The position numbers were made by a program, and so were the translations under genes. The notes below the pieces were generated by a model. It had not been told where the DNA came from. It saw nothing but the letters and a program-made list of their open reading frames with translations, and ran no database searches. A stretch of 37,746 nt of DNA from Priapulus caudatus (taxonomy: Eukaryota). Positions 12,099 to 23,994 of this stretch are shown here, in pieces. The stretch spans positions 509,213-546,958 of the forward strand of contig NW_014577071.1 in NCBI RefSeq assembly GCF_000485595.1, read 5' to 3'. Each line of letters opens with the position of its first letter. The stretch's first letter is position 1.

Positions 12099-12796
12099 GA
12101 TTCGCTAACAGCTCCGAACCACCATATTTGGTAAATAATAAACGCAACTGCGACGTACTCTCTACGGTGCACTGATAAACTAAACGATAATTATATATTA
12201 GGCATTATATTCAGTATATAATTCTGTTATACTATATTTTATTATTCCATATTCACATTCTTATATGTATACTATCTAGGTTACTAGTATATATACTTAG
12301 TATTATTATAACGAATATTACAGTTAAGGATATGTTAGGGTTGGGAGGTGATTTTCGGTCGGAAATGTTCCAATACGCCACCTTTATTTGAGAGATCGGC
12401 ACTGCAGTGGGCAGCTATGTATACGTAGAAATTATTGTTTATGTAGCTCCCTGCTTAATCAATCCCCGCATTAGTCACATTCTTAAGCACAGACGTACAA
12501 TCACTGGAAATATAGAAAGTGCTAATTCTCCATTGCTAGAAATGCTGAAGTTGGCTGAATTTTCACTCGTTATTTTCTCGAACTCACAACTCAATCCAAA
12601 ATTTTATTGTCACGTTTCATGCTACACATATCAAGGAAAATCTCCTGGAATTTTGTTTAAATAATCTCTTTTATAAAGTTCTGCTCTTTGTTTACGAAAT
12701 TTGTGGCGTTTTGAAAATCACTACAATTTTCGTACCATGTTTTTCAACTTTCATTTCTCTAATGAAAGCATTTAATAAAAATTAGGGACCCTTTCG

Positions 12797-13761
12797 TTAG
12801 CTCATCTGACATAGTCAGATGCGAGTTGTAGAATCGCATGATCGTCGTCCGTCGCCTCGCGTCCGTCCGTCGTCGTTCGTCGTACAAACACAGTTTGGCA
12901 CAAATCAAACGGCTCGAGTCGGTCACGATATTCGGACGTGGGGGTGTAATCCGAAAACAACGAGTTTGGGATGTCGAAGCTGCGTGGGTCACGCCGCTCC
13001 GGATCAACAGGTTCAAGGAGCTGCTAAAGGAAGGGGGAACATTCACCTCCTTCAACTTAAAGGTTATATTAGGGAGGATGCAGAATTGGGCACAAATCTA
13101 ACGGCTCGACCTAGGACTCGTGATGAAGTGCGGTTGTATGGCATCATGGGTAGGGGGAAAGCCATCACTGTGCTGAAATTGGGGTTCAGCCAGGTCAAGG
13201 TCAATCGGGGCACAGGGCAGATTTTTAGACATTCTATCTTGAGGAATGTTCTGCGAGCGACTTTTGAAAACTTTTTTGTTTCGAGCGGGTGACCGTATCA
13301 TGGTTGTGTATGGCTTCTGATTGAAAGTGACATGACAATCGCTTTCCACTGACTCCACCGTGCCGACGAGAGTAGTAAGTGTTTCTGATAACCTTTTGAC
13401 CCTCAAGGAGGGAGGGTAACACATGGATATTGTTACTGAGTTAACAAGTGGAGGTTCGACTGCTTTTGCGTATTAGAGGCCTCCTCGTCCCCGCACGCCG
13501 CTCCCCGACAGGCCCGCCGGCGCGGCCAGGTCTGCCCTGCCCCTGTCCCCACCCCGTCCCTGGTGCGCGGCGTGTCCCACCCCTCGCGCGACGCGTCCAG
13601 TCGCGAGGTATGGTGTCTAGGGATGATGTGTACGCGAACTGGTGTGCTGCCATATCTGCCTAACAGAATGTCGGTACTACGGCGGAAGACTGAATGTTTA
13701 CGTTTCATAATCGTCAGCAACAGACCTCAGATGAGCACCAGACGCTCTGCGGCTTCTTGTT
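12797..13761 (+). mobile_element. Helentron-associated non-autonomous element (HINE/DINE-1-like) in GATA intron 2
   Basis: 5' TTAGCTCATCTGAC-atag-TCAGATG stem-loop, then a (CGTC/CGT)n microsatellite (12843-12882), an internal GGTCAAGGTCA motif, a 3' sub-terminal inverted repeat TCAGATGAGC (13727-13736) complementary to GCTCATCTGA (12800-12809), and a CTTGTTT terminus. This matches the known HINE layout. Confidence 0.75.
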
Positions 13762-14885
13762 TCAGTTCATATTGATGAACAAGCTTATGTGGTAAAAGGT
13801 TACGGGTTCACTGCTTCGGGTTTTTTTCTGGAGGGGGGCGGAGAAAATTAAGAAAAAAGACGACATGTTTTTGGTATAGGCACTTCACGAATTTTGCGGT
13901 CACTTAGATTAGGATGATTTTTTTCTTTATCGGAGAGGCCCGGTAGAGATGACGCATCTCTCTTAGTAGGATATGTTGTGAATTAAAGTTTCGATGAGCA
14001 GTTATTGTTGCAATGCGGCGTTTACAGTGTTAGCGCCGTCCGGTAACCTGAACATATCCCTTGTTTAACGCAGGCGTGTGGCAAATTGGCCGAATGTTCG
14101 CTGGCGCGAGGTAATCAGCATGAGGTTAGGCGAAACAGTTGTAGAACAACGTTGTGGGGTCGGCATACACAGCGGTCCACTTATAGCAACTAATATGTAT
14201 ATAATATATTACATATAGTATATATATAAGTAGAAGTCACAACACGACACCGTGTAGAGAAGTTTATATAGTTGCATTTTGATGGGAGTCTATAACGCGT
14301 GTATTTTGTTGATTATTTTGATTCCTTTTCAAATCGTCTGCTGGCCGTATGAAGAGGATGTAATATGTCGAAAGCTTGTCAATTAAAACTTTAGAACAGC
14401 CTGCTATCTTTATGACGTTTGCGTGATGTTTCTATTATAGTATATATACTATTACGCTATGATATATGATATCATAATCATAGAGAAATTTCTTTTGGAA
14501 CTAGCTCTCGCTCTCTCGCTACAACTATTATAACATATGCTGCAAACATAATTAACCTAGCTGTGTAGCATAATAGTGCGTTTTTACGTCGATTCAAACT
14601 AATATCAACTAGAATATAAGAGTCGATTTTCACAGTCGCCATCTCCTAGAATTTGGAGGGTATTACTTTATTCAAACTGACATTAACTATAAATTAAACA
14701 TACGTGTTGTCCTGTTTCGCAAACGATCAGTTCTTAAGTAATTATATACTGCACGAAGGCTAAGCTGTCGTTTATAAAAGCGCATTTACAAAATCTACAA
14801 GCACACGATTACGAAATTCACAAATTTACAATTACACATTTATAAGAATTTACAAATGTACAAACACACATAATTTACAAAGTAA

Positions 14886-15071
<186 letters not shown>

Positions 15072-15324
15072 TAATCGTGTGGCTCTGTGTAATTATGATA
15101 TTTGTAACTTCAATTAGACGTAGACACAGCACGTGGCATATAGAAACGTACACACTTCAAAAAACCCGAAGAATAGCAGTAAACACTAAACAGAGGTGGC
15201 CAGGTGTCAGAGGGGCTTCTTTTGTGATTATATTCGCCTTGATTAAAATAGAAATAATACCTCAACCTATCCTATATGTTCGCAATTCACGATGTAACAC
15301 AAATGTATCGGATACATGTTTTAG

Positions 15325-15466
15325 ATTGCAAGGCCTTTAGCAATGAAGAAAGAAGGCATTCAGACACGCAAAAGAAAGCCAAAGACTGCCAACAAGAAAA
15401 CCGCCAACAGCAATGCTGAAAGCACGAAGTCTCTTGTCATGTCTAATACAAGCACAATCCAAGAAG
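15325..15466 (+). CDS. GATA456: GATA4/5/6 coding exon 4: basic region/NLS
   Basis: ttttag|IARPLAMKKEGIQTRKRKPKTANKKTANSNAESTKSLVMSNTSTIQE-G|gtgag; 142 nt, phase 0-1. Confidence 0.97.
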
Positions 15467-15721
15467 GTGAGCGAGCATCGACACCATATCGAGTTATTAT
15501 TTCAATGTAAGCCTAGTCGTTGAGGACAGATTTACTTGATGTCTTCATACTTGCACCCTATCTGCGCATATATGACACGTGGATTATTTGAAGAACTCAT
15601 ACGACATAAATTTATTTAGAATAGTAGAATAATATAAATATTCTAATTAAAAAAAACAATGACCTTTCCATTTTGTTGATAGCGTTATCATTTAATTTGT
15701 TACTTTGCTGTCGTCTAATAG

Positions 15722-15802
15722 ATATAAAACCAGTGATGACGCAATCGGAATCTTTTGGGCCCCCACCGCTGCCACCCCCTCCACACATCTCCAGCCTTAT
15801 AG
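15722..15802 (+). CDS. GATA456: GATA4/5/6 coding exon 5: short proline-rich exon
   Basis: aatag|(D)IKPVMTQSESFGPPPLPPPPHISSLI-G|gtatgt; 81 nt, phase 1-1, open and frame-compatible with both neighbours. Confidence 0.75.
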
Positions 15803-15901
15803 GTATGTACTTTAGAATGAAGTTCTATAATATCAGTCGTGAATAATGATATGACAACATATCAAGAGCGTATTAAGTATATACTAATCCATAAACATAT
15901 A

Positions 15902-15911
15902 CTCTATCTCG

Positions 15912-15975
<64 letters not shown>

Positions 15976-16011
15976 TTCTCTCTTTCTCTCTCTCTCAATC
16001 TCTCTCTCTCT
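15902..16011. repeat. (CT)n microsatellite in the last intron
   Basis: Directly visible. Confidence 0.95.
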
Positions 16012-16066
16012 GCGTTTCTCTTCAGAACTAAGAATGTTATTAATTACTTACAATAATTACTTACAG

Positions 16067-16347
16067 ATATCAAGCCAATGTACAGCCAAAAAGCACTGGA
16101 CGTACACAATAATCCGTACGCCCATGCTCTGAGCACGTCTCACATTGGCCTTGCATCGACGCGGGGCATGGCCATTCCTGGTAACATGGATCATTCACTG
16201 CATCATGGATCCGCGGAGTCTGTCCCTGTGATAAACCCATCGAGCTTGCACTCGCCCGTGACAAATGTCTATTCTAATGCAACATCTTCCTCTCCTAATC
16301 AAGCAAGCATGGACGACATGGGCCGACCTAAAACCACCACGTCGTAG
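16067..16347 (+). CDS. GATA456: GATA4/5/6 terminal coding exon
   Basis: cttacag|(D)IKPMYSQKALDVHNNPYAH...MGRPKTTTS-TAG; phase-1 acceptor; Ser/His/Pro-rich tail; corresponds to ORF 16078..16347. Confidence 0.85.
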
Positions 16348-18640
16348 TGCAATCGGCGTGTTGTTAAAATCGCAGAGAACGCTTGAATTTGGCATACCCA
16401 CCGCAGTTCTTTTTTACGCCCATCTGTTTCTTAAGTTTATTCAGAGTTTAAAACGTTGTAAAGTGTAGTTGAATATAGACTGATGATTTTTTGTAAGTAA
16501 TGTAGCAAAAGCAGAAATGTTGGGTGATATGCTAATTTAGTGTTAATGACTCGTCCCATTAGATACGACAAATAAGACACTTCTTGAATATGGTATAGCA
16601 ATTTCTATGATTACGTCACTTTTGCTATTGTATGTTTGGCGTCTTGTACCTCTCGGGTATTACTATGCTATAAGAAGTGATCCCTAGCAAAAAATCATTA
16701 TATATCAGACAGTATTAGTTATATACGTCACTATGTGTGTGTGTGTTGTTTTCCTATCTATCTATTCAGACTATAGCATTGCCGCAATACTGAAAATTAT
16801 CGGAAACCCGAGTGCGATCCACGAAGATACTATAGTAATCTAAGTTGCACGATAGTGAAGATGACGAAATGAATGCTCCTCGCGGACTCGCTCTGTTCGG
16901 TGGACGTGTGACAGCATAGTGGCGTGGTAGCACCATGCAAAATATGTCACCGTCGAATAAAGTTAAACCAGTGGTTGATCGTAATAGTTAGATACCGTCC
17001 TGCACATGGATGCGAGTATTGCACGACGATGTGTTCATGTCACCCTTTGTAAATAACGGTCGTAGAGGTTATCGTCATTGTACGCGGTAGCGTTGACTGC
17101 ACCGCCCCCTACCGTGTGTTATTGTTACTGTTGCACAGTGATCTTTATCCGGTGTTACGCACAACCTAGAGATGGGTTTCGTGACGCATTTTTTACGCAG
17201 TCGTGCTTGAGATGCGTATATGGTGTGACTCGCCACGCATTAGATATATATCAGAGGGTTAATAATGACAAATCTGTTATTATTAACTCCTGATATACAT
17301 GTGCGTCGGCGTTGCCAACACTCGGATAACTATAGGAAGTTTTGCTTATAATCTTCGTTATCGTATATCGATATCGTCTTTGTGTATATGCGGCTTGATG
17401 AAGGTTTCGTGAGAGTTGTTAGTTGACGGAAGAGATTGGTAGAGACGTACGTTGGTTTTGGAAATGTACTGTTTCAAGTACTGCGCTGAAGACGGTTTCA
17501 GATACCTCAGCATTTGGGTGTGATGTTCTTATCAGACTGGTTACTACTAGCATAATTGTGATTACGCCAGACGGTTGACGGGGCATATGAGGTTTAGTTT
17601 AGACCAGGGTGATTTTAAAACGGCTATAAAGTTTATATATTCGGCTCCCCAAGCATTTATTTATGTATGCCTCTATATGAATTGGGATTTACGTGTAGGC
17701 CTTGTTATACTGGTTTCTTACATTAAACAAGTTCATGAAAAACGTAAAATTTATGCAATAATAATCGCGCTAATGATAGCAGAACGAATATATTAAAAAT
17801 TTGCAATACACCGGAAACTTTTTTTTTCGCAGGACACAAGTGTGAGTGGCGAGTGCACATGTTCTGTAATATCACGATTTGTCAAACTTGAAAGTCTGAA
17901 ATTGATCACGAATGGTAACCGCTTATATGGAAGTTGACTATATAGAAACGACACGATATAGACACGAGTAGAAATCCTGCATATAATGTCATAATGCTCA
18001 CAATGTCAATAATTATGATTATGTCAAGTTACTGTGCCGTTGTACAATGTCATCGGCACTTATGCTTCTCTAGCTTGGTGGCGCCACCTAGGTGAGGATG
18101 GTGCGACCGAGCTCAAATAATGTTACTGATACACGTATCATGCGAAAGCTCATTTGACTGTATTTACGGAAGATGTAGCAGTTAAGCCCATGGAAAACTA
18201 TCTATACTTTTAGGTATAGGAGAGGCATTTAATTATCCAACAGTCCGCATTTAAAAAAAGGTTTGGTCAGTTAATATAAGAATATATTAACAAATGCATC
18301 GTCGTAGATATTAATGAGCATTGCATGTTATTTCAGAGACGAAAACAAGGTTTATTTCTGTTTTTGTGTGTTTTCAATATCAAGATCCAGGTAGTTTTTT
18401 CATTTCAGTGTTTCTTCGAAAAAACAACCGCGCAATTTAGCTTTGAAGTCTAATTGTAACGTGCCTTACAATTATTTAGTTATATTATAGCGATAGCATA
18501 CATATTTCGTCATTACCTCAATATCAATAACCGTACTATAATCCTACACGTAGTTCATTTGTATTCTAGGCATAAAACCAAAGAAACAGGTATTGAATGC
18601 TTTTTGTAATAAAATACAATTAAATAAATAATTGATACCT
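16348..18640 (+). other. Probable 3' UTR with candidate poly(A) signals
   Basis: Non-repetitive T-rich sequence after the stop. AATAAA at 16956-16961; TGTA-overlapping AATAAA at 18608-18613 and another at 18623-18628. The true end is unknown. Confidence 0.45.
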
Positions 18641-19245
18641 TATGATAATATGAATGGCTTACTACCAAATAATATAAATAAGATACTTCACAGAACTTAT
18701 ACGCATTGAGATTTTCTTGTTTTTAAACACCTGCAAACATAGACAAAACTGTGAAGGTTGGCAGAAGTGGATCGTGTTTGACGTTATTGATTGAAGTTTT
18801 CCATTTTCTTTCAAGAACACAAAAAGTGCAGAACAATATTTGTTGCGAAATAAAATAAGGTCGAATGCCGGACTTTTATAAAAGCCGGTTGAAAAAAATA
18901 ATAGTTTTGGCTTTATCGTATCTGTAGAAGTTATGTGCTTTAGACATAATTCGCGCCATCCAAAACTATTAGGCATACTAGAGACGTAATTCATACAATA
19001 CTGTATCAACGTAAAACAACATGCATAGTAAATAAGAAATGTGCGCGAAAATCTTTTAATTCAATACATAAAACGTAAACCTTTTGGTGGCTAAATTGGC
19101 AAAGACAAAATTTCAATGTGACGATGGTATTTCTACGGATGCTAGTCAACGAACTGATAGTAAAGTGCTAGATATGATAATTCTGTCTCTCATCTTGCGG
19201 TGTCAATTTCCCCTGGGCGTAGAGGGAGGGTGCCGCTACGTGGCA

Positions 19246-19292
19246 NNNNNNNNNNNNNNNNNNNNNNNNNNNNNNNNNNNNNNNNNNNNNNN
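19246..19292. other. Assembly gap (47 N)
   Basis: Run of N. Confidence 1.
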
Positions 19293-19738
19293 TATAAAAT
19301 ATAAATGAATAAATGTAAATACCTAGCTAACACATAACGTTTTTAAAACGTTAATAATAAGGTTATAAGTAGGTTCTTAAAAAAAGTTTACCAAAAAAGC
19401 CTTATCGACGTTATATTTGAAAGTAATATTGTAATATTGCAAGCCGTTTCTTCCCTATTGTGTAGTAAAGCCCGGATTCAATTTTGAACACTCGACCAAG
19501 ATATAGACATTTCACACAATATTGGAAAACTTATCTATAGAGGATTTTTCAAGAACATACAACATATAACAATTATTTGAATAGAAAAGCAACTCGCTAA
19601 CCTTTATTTTCAGAGATACAGCCTGTGGCTTAGTCTTGTGATGCTGCTCAGAATTGCAGTTAGAACATTGTTTTATAGAAGGTTGCGTAGAAACATTTGT
19701 TGAATTACTTGATGAAACCATAGACCGTCATATCCTAT

Positions 19739-19794
19739 CAAGAGCGTATAAAGAAGGCTCTTGTATATAAGAAGGCCTTCTCTATACGCTCTTG
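19739..19794. mobile_element. 56-bp hairpin mini-element with 7-bp target-site duplication (P-superfamily-like MITE)
   Basis: caagagcgtataaagaaggc ... gccttctctatacgctcttg (19/20 inverted match), flanked by direct ATCCTAT at 19732-19738 and 19795-19801. CA...TG termini with 7-8 bp TSD are typical of P-superfamily elements. Confidence 0.7.
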
Positions 19795-20683
19795 ATCCTA
19801 TGTTACATTACGGATTTTTGACTTCGTCAGCATGTGCTGCCATCTATGTATTATATTCACAGTCAATATGTGAATTATTAGTCCCTGTGCCACCCGATTA
19901 GGTGAGGTTACGAGATCTACTTACAGTGAGGAGCTACTAGTACACCATAACGACACTCAAATATAGTTTATTTTATTACCAGGCGTTTTCAACTCACTTT
20001 TAACATATTAATTATGAGGCTCAATTTTTAATTTTGCTTTAAAAAATATTTTATGTGGGGTCTGGTATAATTTATTCACACACGGGTTAGAGATTAAAAG
20101 TGTACCTATTATACAGATAGGCCTAATGTTTCACACGATAGCCAGAAACTGAGTGATACGTTTACAGAGAGGCAAATAAGGGTTCGTGGCCATCTACCAT
20201 TAATTTAGTATGTGGTCATTGATCGTGGGTGGGAAAACATTTCATGTGATCACAGTGGACGCCCACTGTTCCATCAGAACTCCCCAGTCTTGTATAAATG
20301 ATAATTCTAGTTTTTAGAACTTTCCAAACGAGCATGAAAACGCGTAAATACGCCCCTTGTTGTTGTGACGATTATATCTAGCAGGGGTGGTGCTTAGCGG
20401 TTGATTTCGGATGTAAGGATTATTACAAAAACCTAGATGAGTAAGATTCAGTTACGTTGATGATCGCAAACATAGTAGCGCCAATAATTCCCAACGTCAG
20501 ACGTACCACATACTGTCGGTAAATGTTATGTAACTGTACACCTACAGTCTTTTTTAGATATATCGCCTTCAACTTGTGACTAATGTTTCTTAAAATATAT
20601 ATAATAGGTTGAATTTCGATATTAATATTAGAACGCTCTGATGTATCTCTCGCACTTTGCCAAAAATAGATTAGTATGCGTTG

Positions 20684-20748
20684 ACATAAGATACACATTA
20701 AGCCATAAGACATACATAAGACATACATAAGACATAAGATACACATTA
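20684..20748. repeat. Short minisatellite (ACATAAGACAT-like units)
   Basis: Repeated cataaga/catacataaga units bounded by two copies of gacataagatacacatta. Confidence 0.75.
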
Positions 20749-20897
20749 GGACGAAGAAAAAAATCATAATCTTCAGTATTTTAGTGGTCATAAAGCTTTC
20801 CTGCACGCGATGGATTGCAGTATTTCCACATCGCCTTTACCGCATGGATTATAGTCTCAGTATATTTAAGCTTTTCATGTTAAAACACTAAAATAGA

Positions 20898-21175
20898 TTA
20901 TTGCTATTATTATTATTATTATCGTTCTCATCATCAATATCATCATCATCATCATCATCATCATCAACATCATCATCGTCATCATTATCATAATCATCAT
21001 CATCATCGTCATCATCATCATCATCATCAATATAATCATCATCATCATCATCAATATAATGATCATAATCATCATAATCATCATCATCATTATCATCATC
21101 ACCATCATTATCAACATCATCATCATCATCATCATCAACAGCAACAACAACAACATCATCATCATCATCATCATC
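20898..21175. repeat. (ATT)n/(CAT)n trinucleotide microsatellite
   Basis: Directly visible; generates poly-Asp and poly-Met pseudo-ORFs. Confidence 0.96.
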
Positions 21176-21943
21176 GCATTTCACAAATATTTCATATCGA
21201 TAATATGTGAGTAAAAGGGCTGGAATGCTCGGCGGTACAATAAATACTGGAAAAACATCAGAATCAGTAAGAAGCCATGCAGACGCCTAAACATAATCAT
21301 ATTATGACCAACCATTACATCCTAGGGAAGCAGAAAACATTCGGGCGAAGCAAGTTTTGTTTAGCACTGAGGAAAATGATTGGCTCAGATTAAGCAGATA
21401 CACACGCTCGGGTCCCCTGGGTTGTCGAGGTAAGTCATGTTTTATAATTGCATAAATTATGAAGAATGGAACGCAACGTAGCGGGTTGGTACTGTCGGTG
21501 ATTAATACTCGTTCGATACACAGCGTAACCTACTTACCTTAACGAATGCATGAGTCACTTGCGGAATTGTTCTCGAGAGCGCGTAACAACTATGATATTG
21601 ATTTCTATTCAATGATTAGCAACAACACGAGCAGAAGTACTTAATTCGAAAATCAAACCACACGTGAGCATATTTTACGAGACAGAGGCGTGTATGGCAA
21701 ACGATGGCAGACAACGTCCAACAATTTAAACATGACGTACCATCGCAAACCATGTCCGACCACGTCAGGTCATGTTCGGCGAAGGCAAACGATAAGGGAC
21801 AGGACCATTTAAAGATAGGAGGACGCTTAGAATGACGCGATGATCAGTTGTCAGTCGAATCGATAGCGATCGATAGTAGGTCTGTCCGCCCTCGGTTAAA
21901 ATGTAAGTGTGTCCACCCACGCATGCATATAAACAAGCAGCAT

Positions 21944-22592
21944 GCACACACACACACGCACGTACACACATGCACACACACACACACGTACGCGCGCGCA
22001 CACACACATGCACGCACACACACATGCACACACACACACGCGCGCACGCACACCCACACGACACGCGTACACCTCCACACACGCGCGCACGCACACACGC
22101 ACACGCACGCACACACGCACACGCACACACACACAACACCACACGCACTACCAATGCCACACACACACACGCGCGCACGACACACACACCGCGCGCACGC
22201 ACACACACACACGCACGCACACACACCATGCACACATACACGCACGCCCACACGATGCACACACTGCGCCGCAACACACCTACCACCCCCACCCACACAC
22301 ACACACGCGCGCGCACCAACACACACGCGCGCACACCTGCACAACACACACACACGCGCGCGCCAAGCACATCACACATACACACAGACACCACGAACCA
22401 CACACACACACCCACCACACCACACACAAACGCACCACACCACACACACACACACACACCAGCCAGCACAGCCAACGCACACACACACACACCACCACAC
22501 ACAACAACACACCGCCACACACATACCAACACACACACCACACACACACACACCACACACCACATCACACACACCCCACACCACCACACACA
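21944..22592. repeat. Imperfect (CA)n microsatellite
   Basis: Directly visible. Confidence 0.96.
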
Positions 22593-23379
22593 CCGTGATG
22601 TTTCCCGCGTGGCTATAATCATCTGATCTCATCTAAAAATTAAAAAGATACTTCCTTAAATCTGGCGTCGTTTATACCTATCGAAATGCGGTTGTGAATA
22701 AAACGGCGACAGAGTCCATTGGTTTTAACTATCACCTTCAATCCTGCCATTCAACGTGTGGTGTTAATTGATAATTTAAATTTTCTTCAACGATCATCCA
22801 GTTAACATCTTTCGCACCACATTTTGCGCTCGTAGAGGCGTGATACTACTTCCGGCGGACTCTTGCTTTTCAAGCATCGTTTCAACTCTGCAACCCCGTG
22901 AGCAACCTGGGTCATACCCGTGTGGCGGAGTACCTTGCGTTACTTTGCCATTTTTTTATCAGATAGGTTTGCTGTTCAGCGGCCTCGGGGCAATTTTATC
23001 GTGCGGCGATTTCATTTTCATGCGTTTGTCGACGACCCTCATTTACGCACCTGACATGCGTTAGATGCCAATTTACTATATTGGCGAAACAAGAAACGCC
23101 GCCTGTCCGGATAGGTTTGTTGAACACGCTAGATGCTCGCCCAGCCCCGCCCTCGGCCTTAATTTGCCATTTGGTTTTCCGGTTTGCTGATCATTTTAAC
23201 GCAACCGCCGATCACCACATGCATGCGTGTGCTGTCTGTGCCGGCTGCAAGGACACATATTACAATAGCTTCCGTTCGACACATGACTGCAGCAAAATTT
23301 AATTTGACGGTTGGTTGTTTGAATCCAGCGGGCTGAACGCTATAACTTACTTACGTGTGTATTGGTTGAGTCCATGCCT

Positions 23380-23586
23380 CGTGTGTGTGGGCGGTTGTTT
23401 GGTGTGTTGTGTGTGGTGTGTGTGTCGTGTGTGTGTGTGTGTGTGTGTGCGGCTGTGTGTGTGTGCTCGTGTGAGTGTGTTGTGCTGTATGTGTGATATT
23501 GTGTGTGTGTGGGTGTGTTGTGTTGTGTTGTGGGTGTGTGTCTGCTGCTGCGGCTGTGTGGGTGTGTGTCTTTGGTGTGTGGTGTT
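23380..23586. repeat. Imperfect (TG)n microsatellite
   Basis: Directly visible. Confidence 0.95.
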
Positions 23587-23956
23587 ATAATATTTGTGCG
23601 TGGTTCTTTTGTCGTCCGAATTCATGGCATGCGCGAATTGTGTGACTCATTCATTTGTTTTGTCTTTATATCTAACGCATTGTATTTGTGTTTTGCATTT
23701 ATTTGTTCTATTTCCATGCTCTGCTGACTGATGAAAAGCATGCTAGTTCTCATCAGACTTTTGCTCATTAAACTTTTAAAACCCTTATTCTATACCTTGA
23801 CTTGTTTTATATATATATATATAGTGTGAGTTTGGCGATTACTAAGGTTATATGTGAGTGCAATCGCACTTTATATACGCAACGCACGCACACGGAGTGC
23901 GCATATAGAAGCATATATATTTATATTATATTATAAATATATATAGTTATATAGAT

Positions 23957-23981
23957 NNNNNNNNNNNNNNNNNNNNNNNNN
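23957..23981. other. Assembly gap (25 N) within a (TA)n tract
   Basis: Run of N. Confidence 1.
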
Positions 23982-23994
23982 TATATATATATAT

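Noticed and set aside
10982..12175. Cluster of long Cys-rich ORFs (metallothionein/keratin-associated-like)
   Set aside because: Open on both strands in several frames because of a degenerate (TG)n tract; no splice or domain support.
12759..13775. Several 60-157 aa ORFs
   Set aside because: They lie inside the HINE-like element and show no recognisable Rep/helicase or other domain.
20875..21184. Poly-Asp (aspein-like) and poly-Met ORFs
   Set aside because: (CAT)n microsatellite; no signal peptide or exon context.
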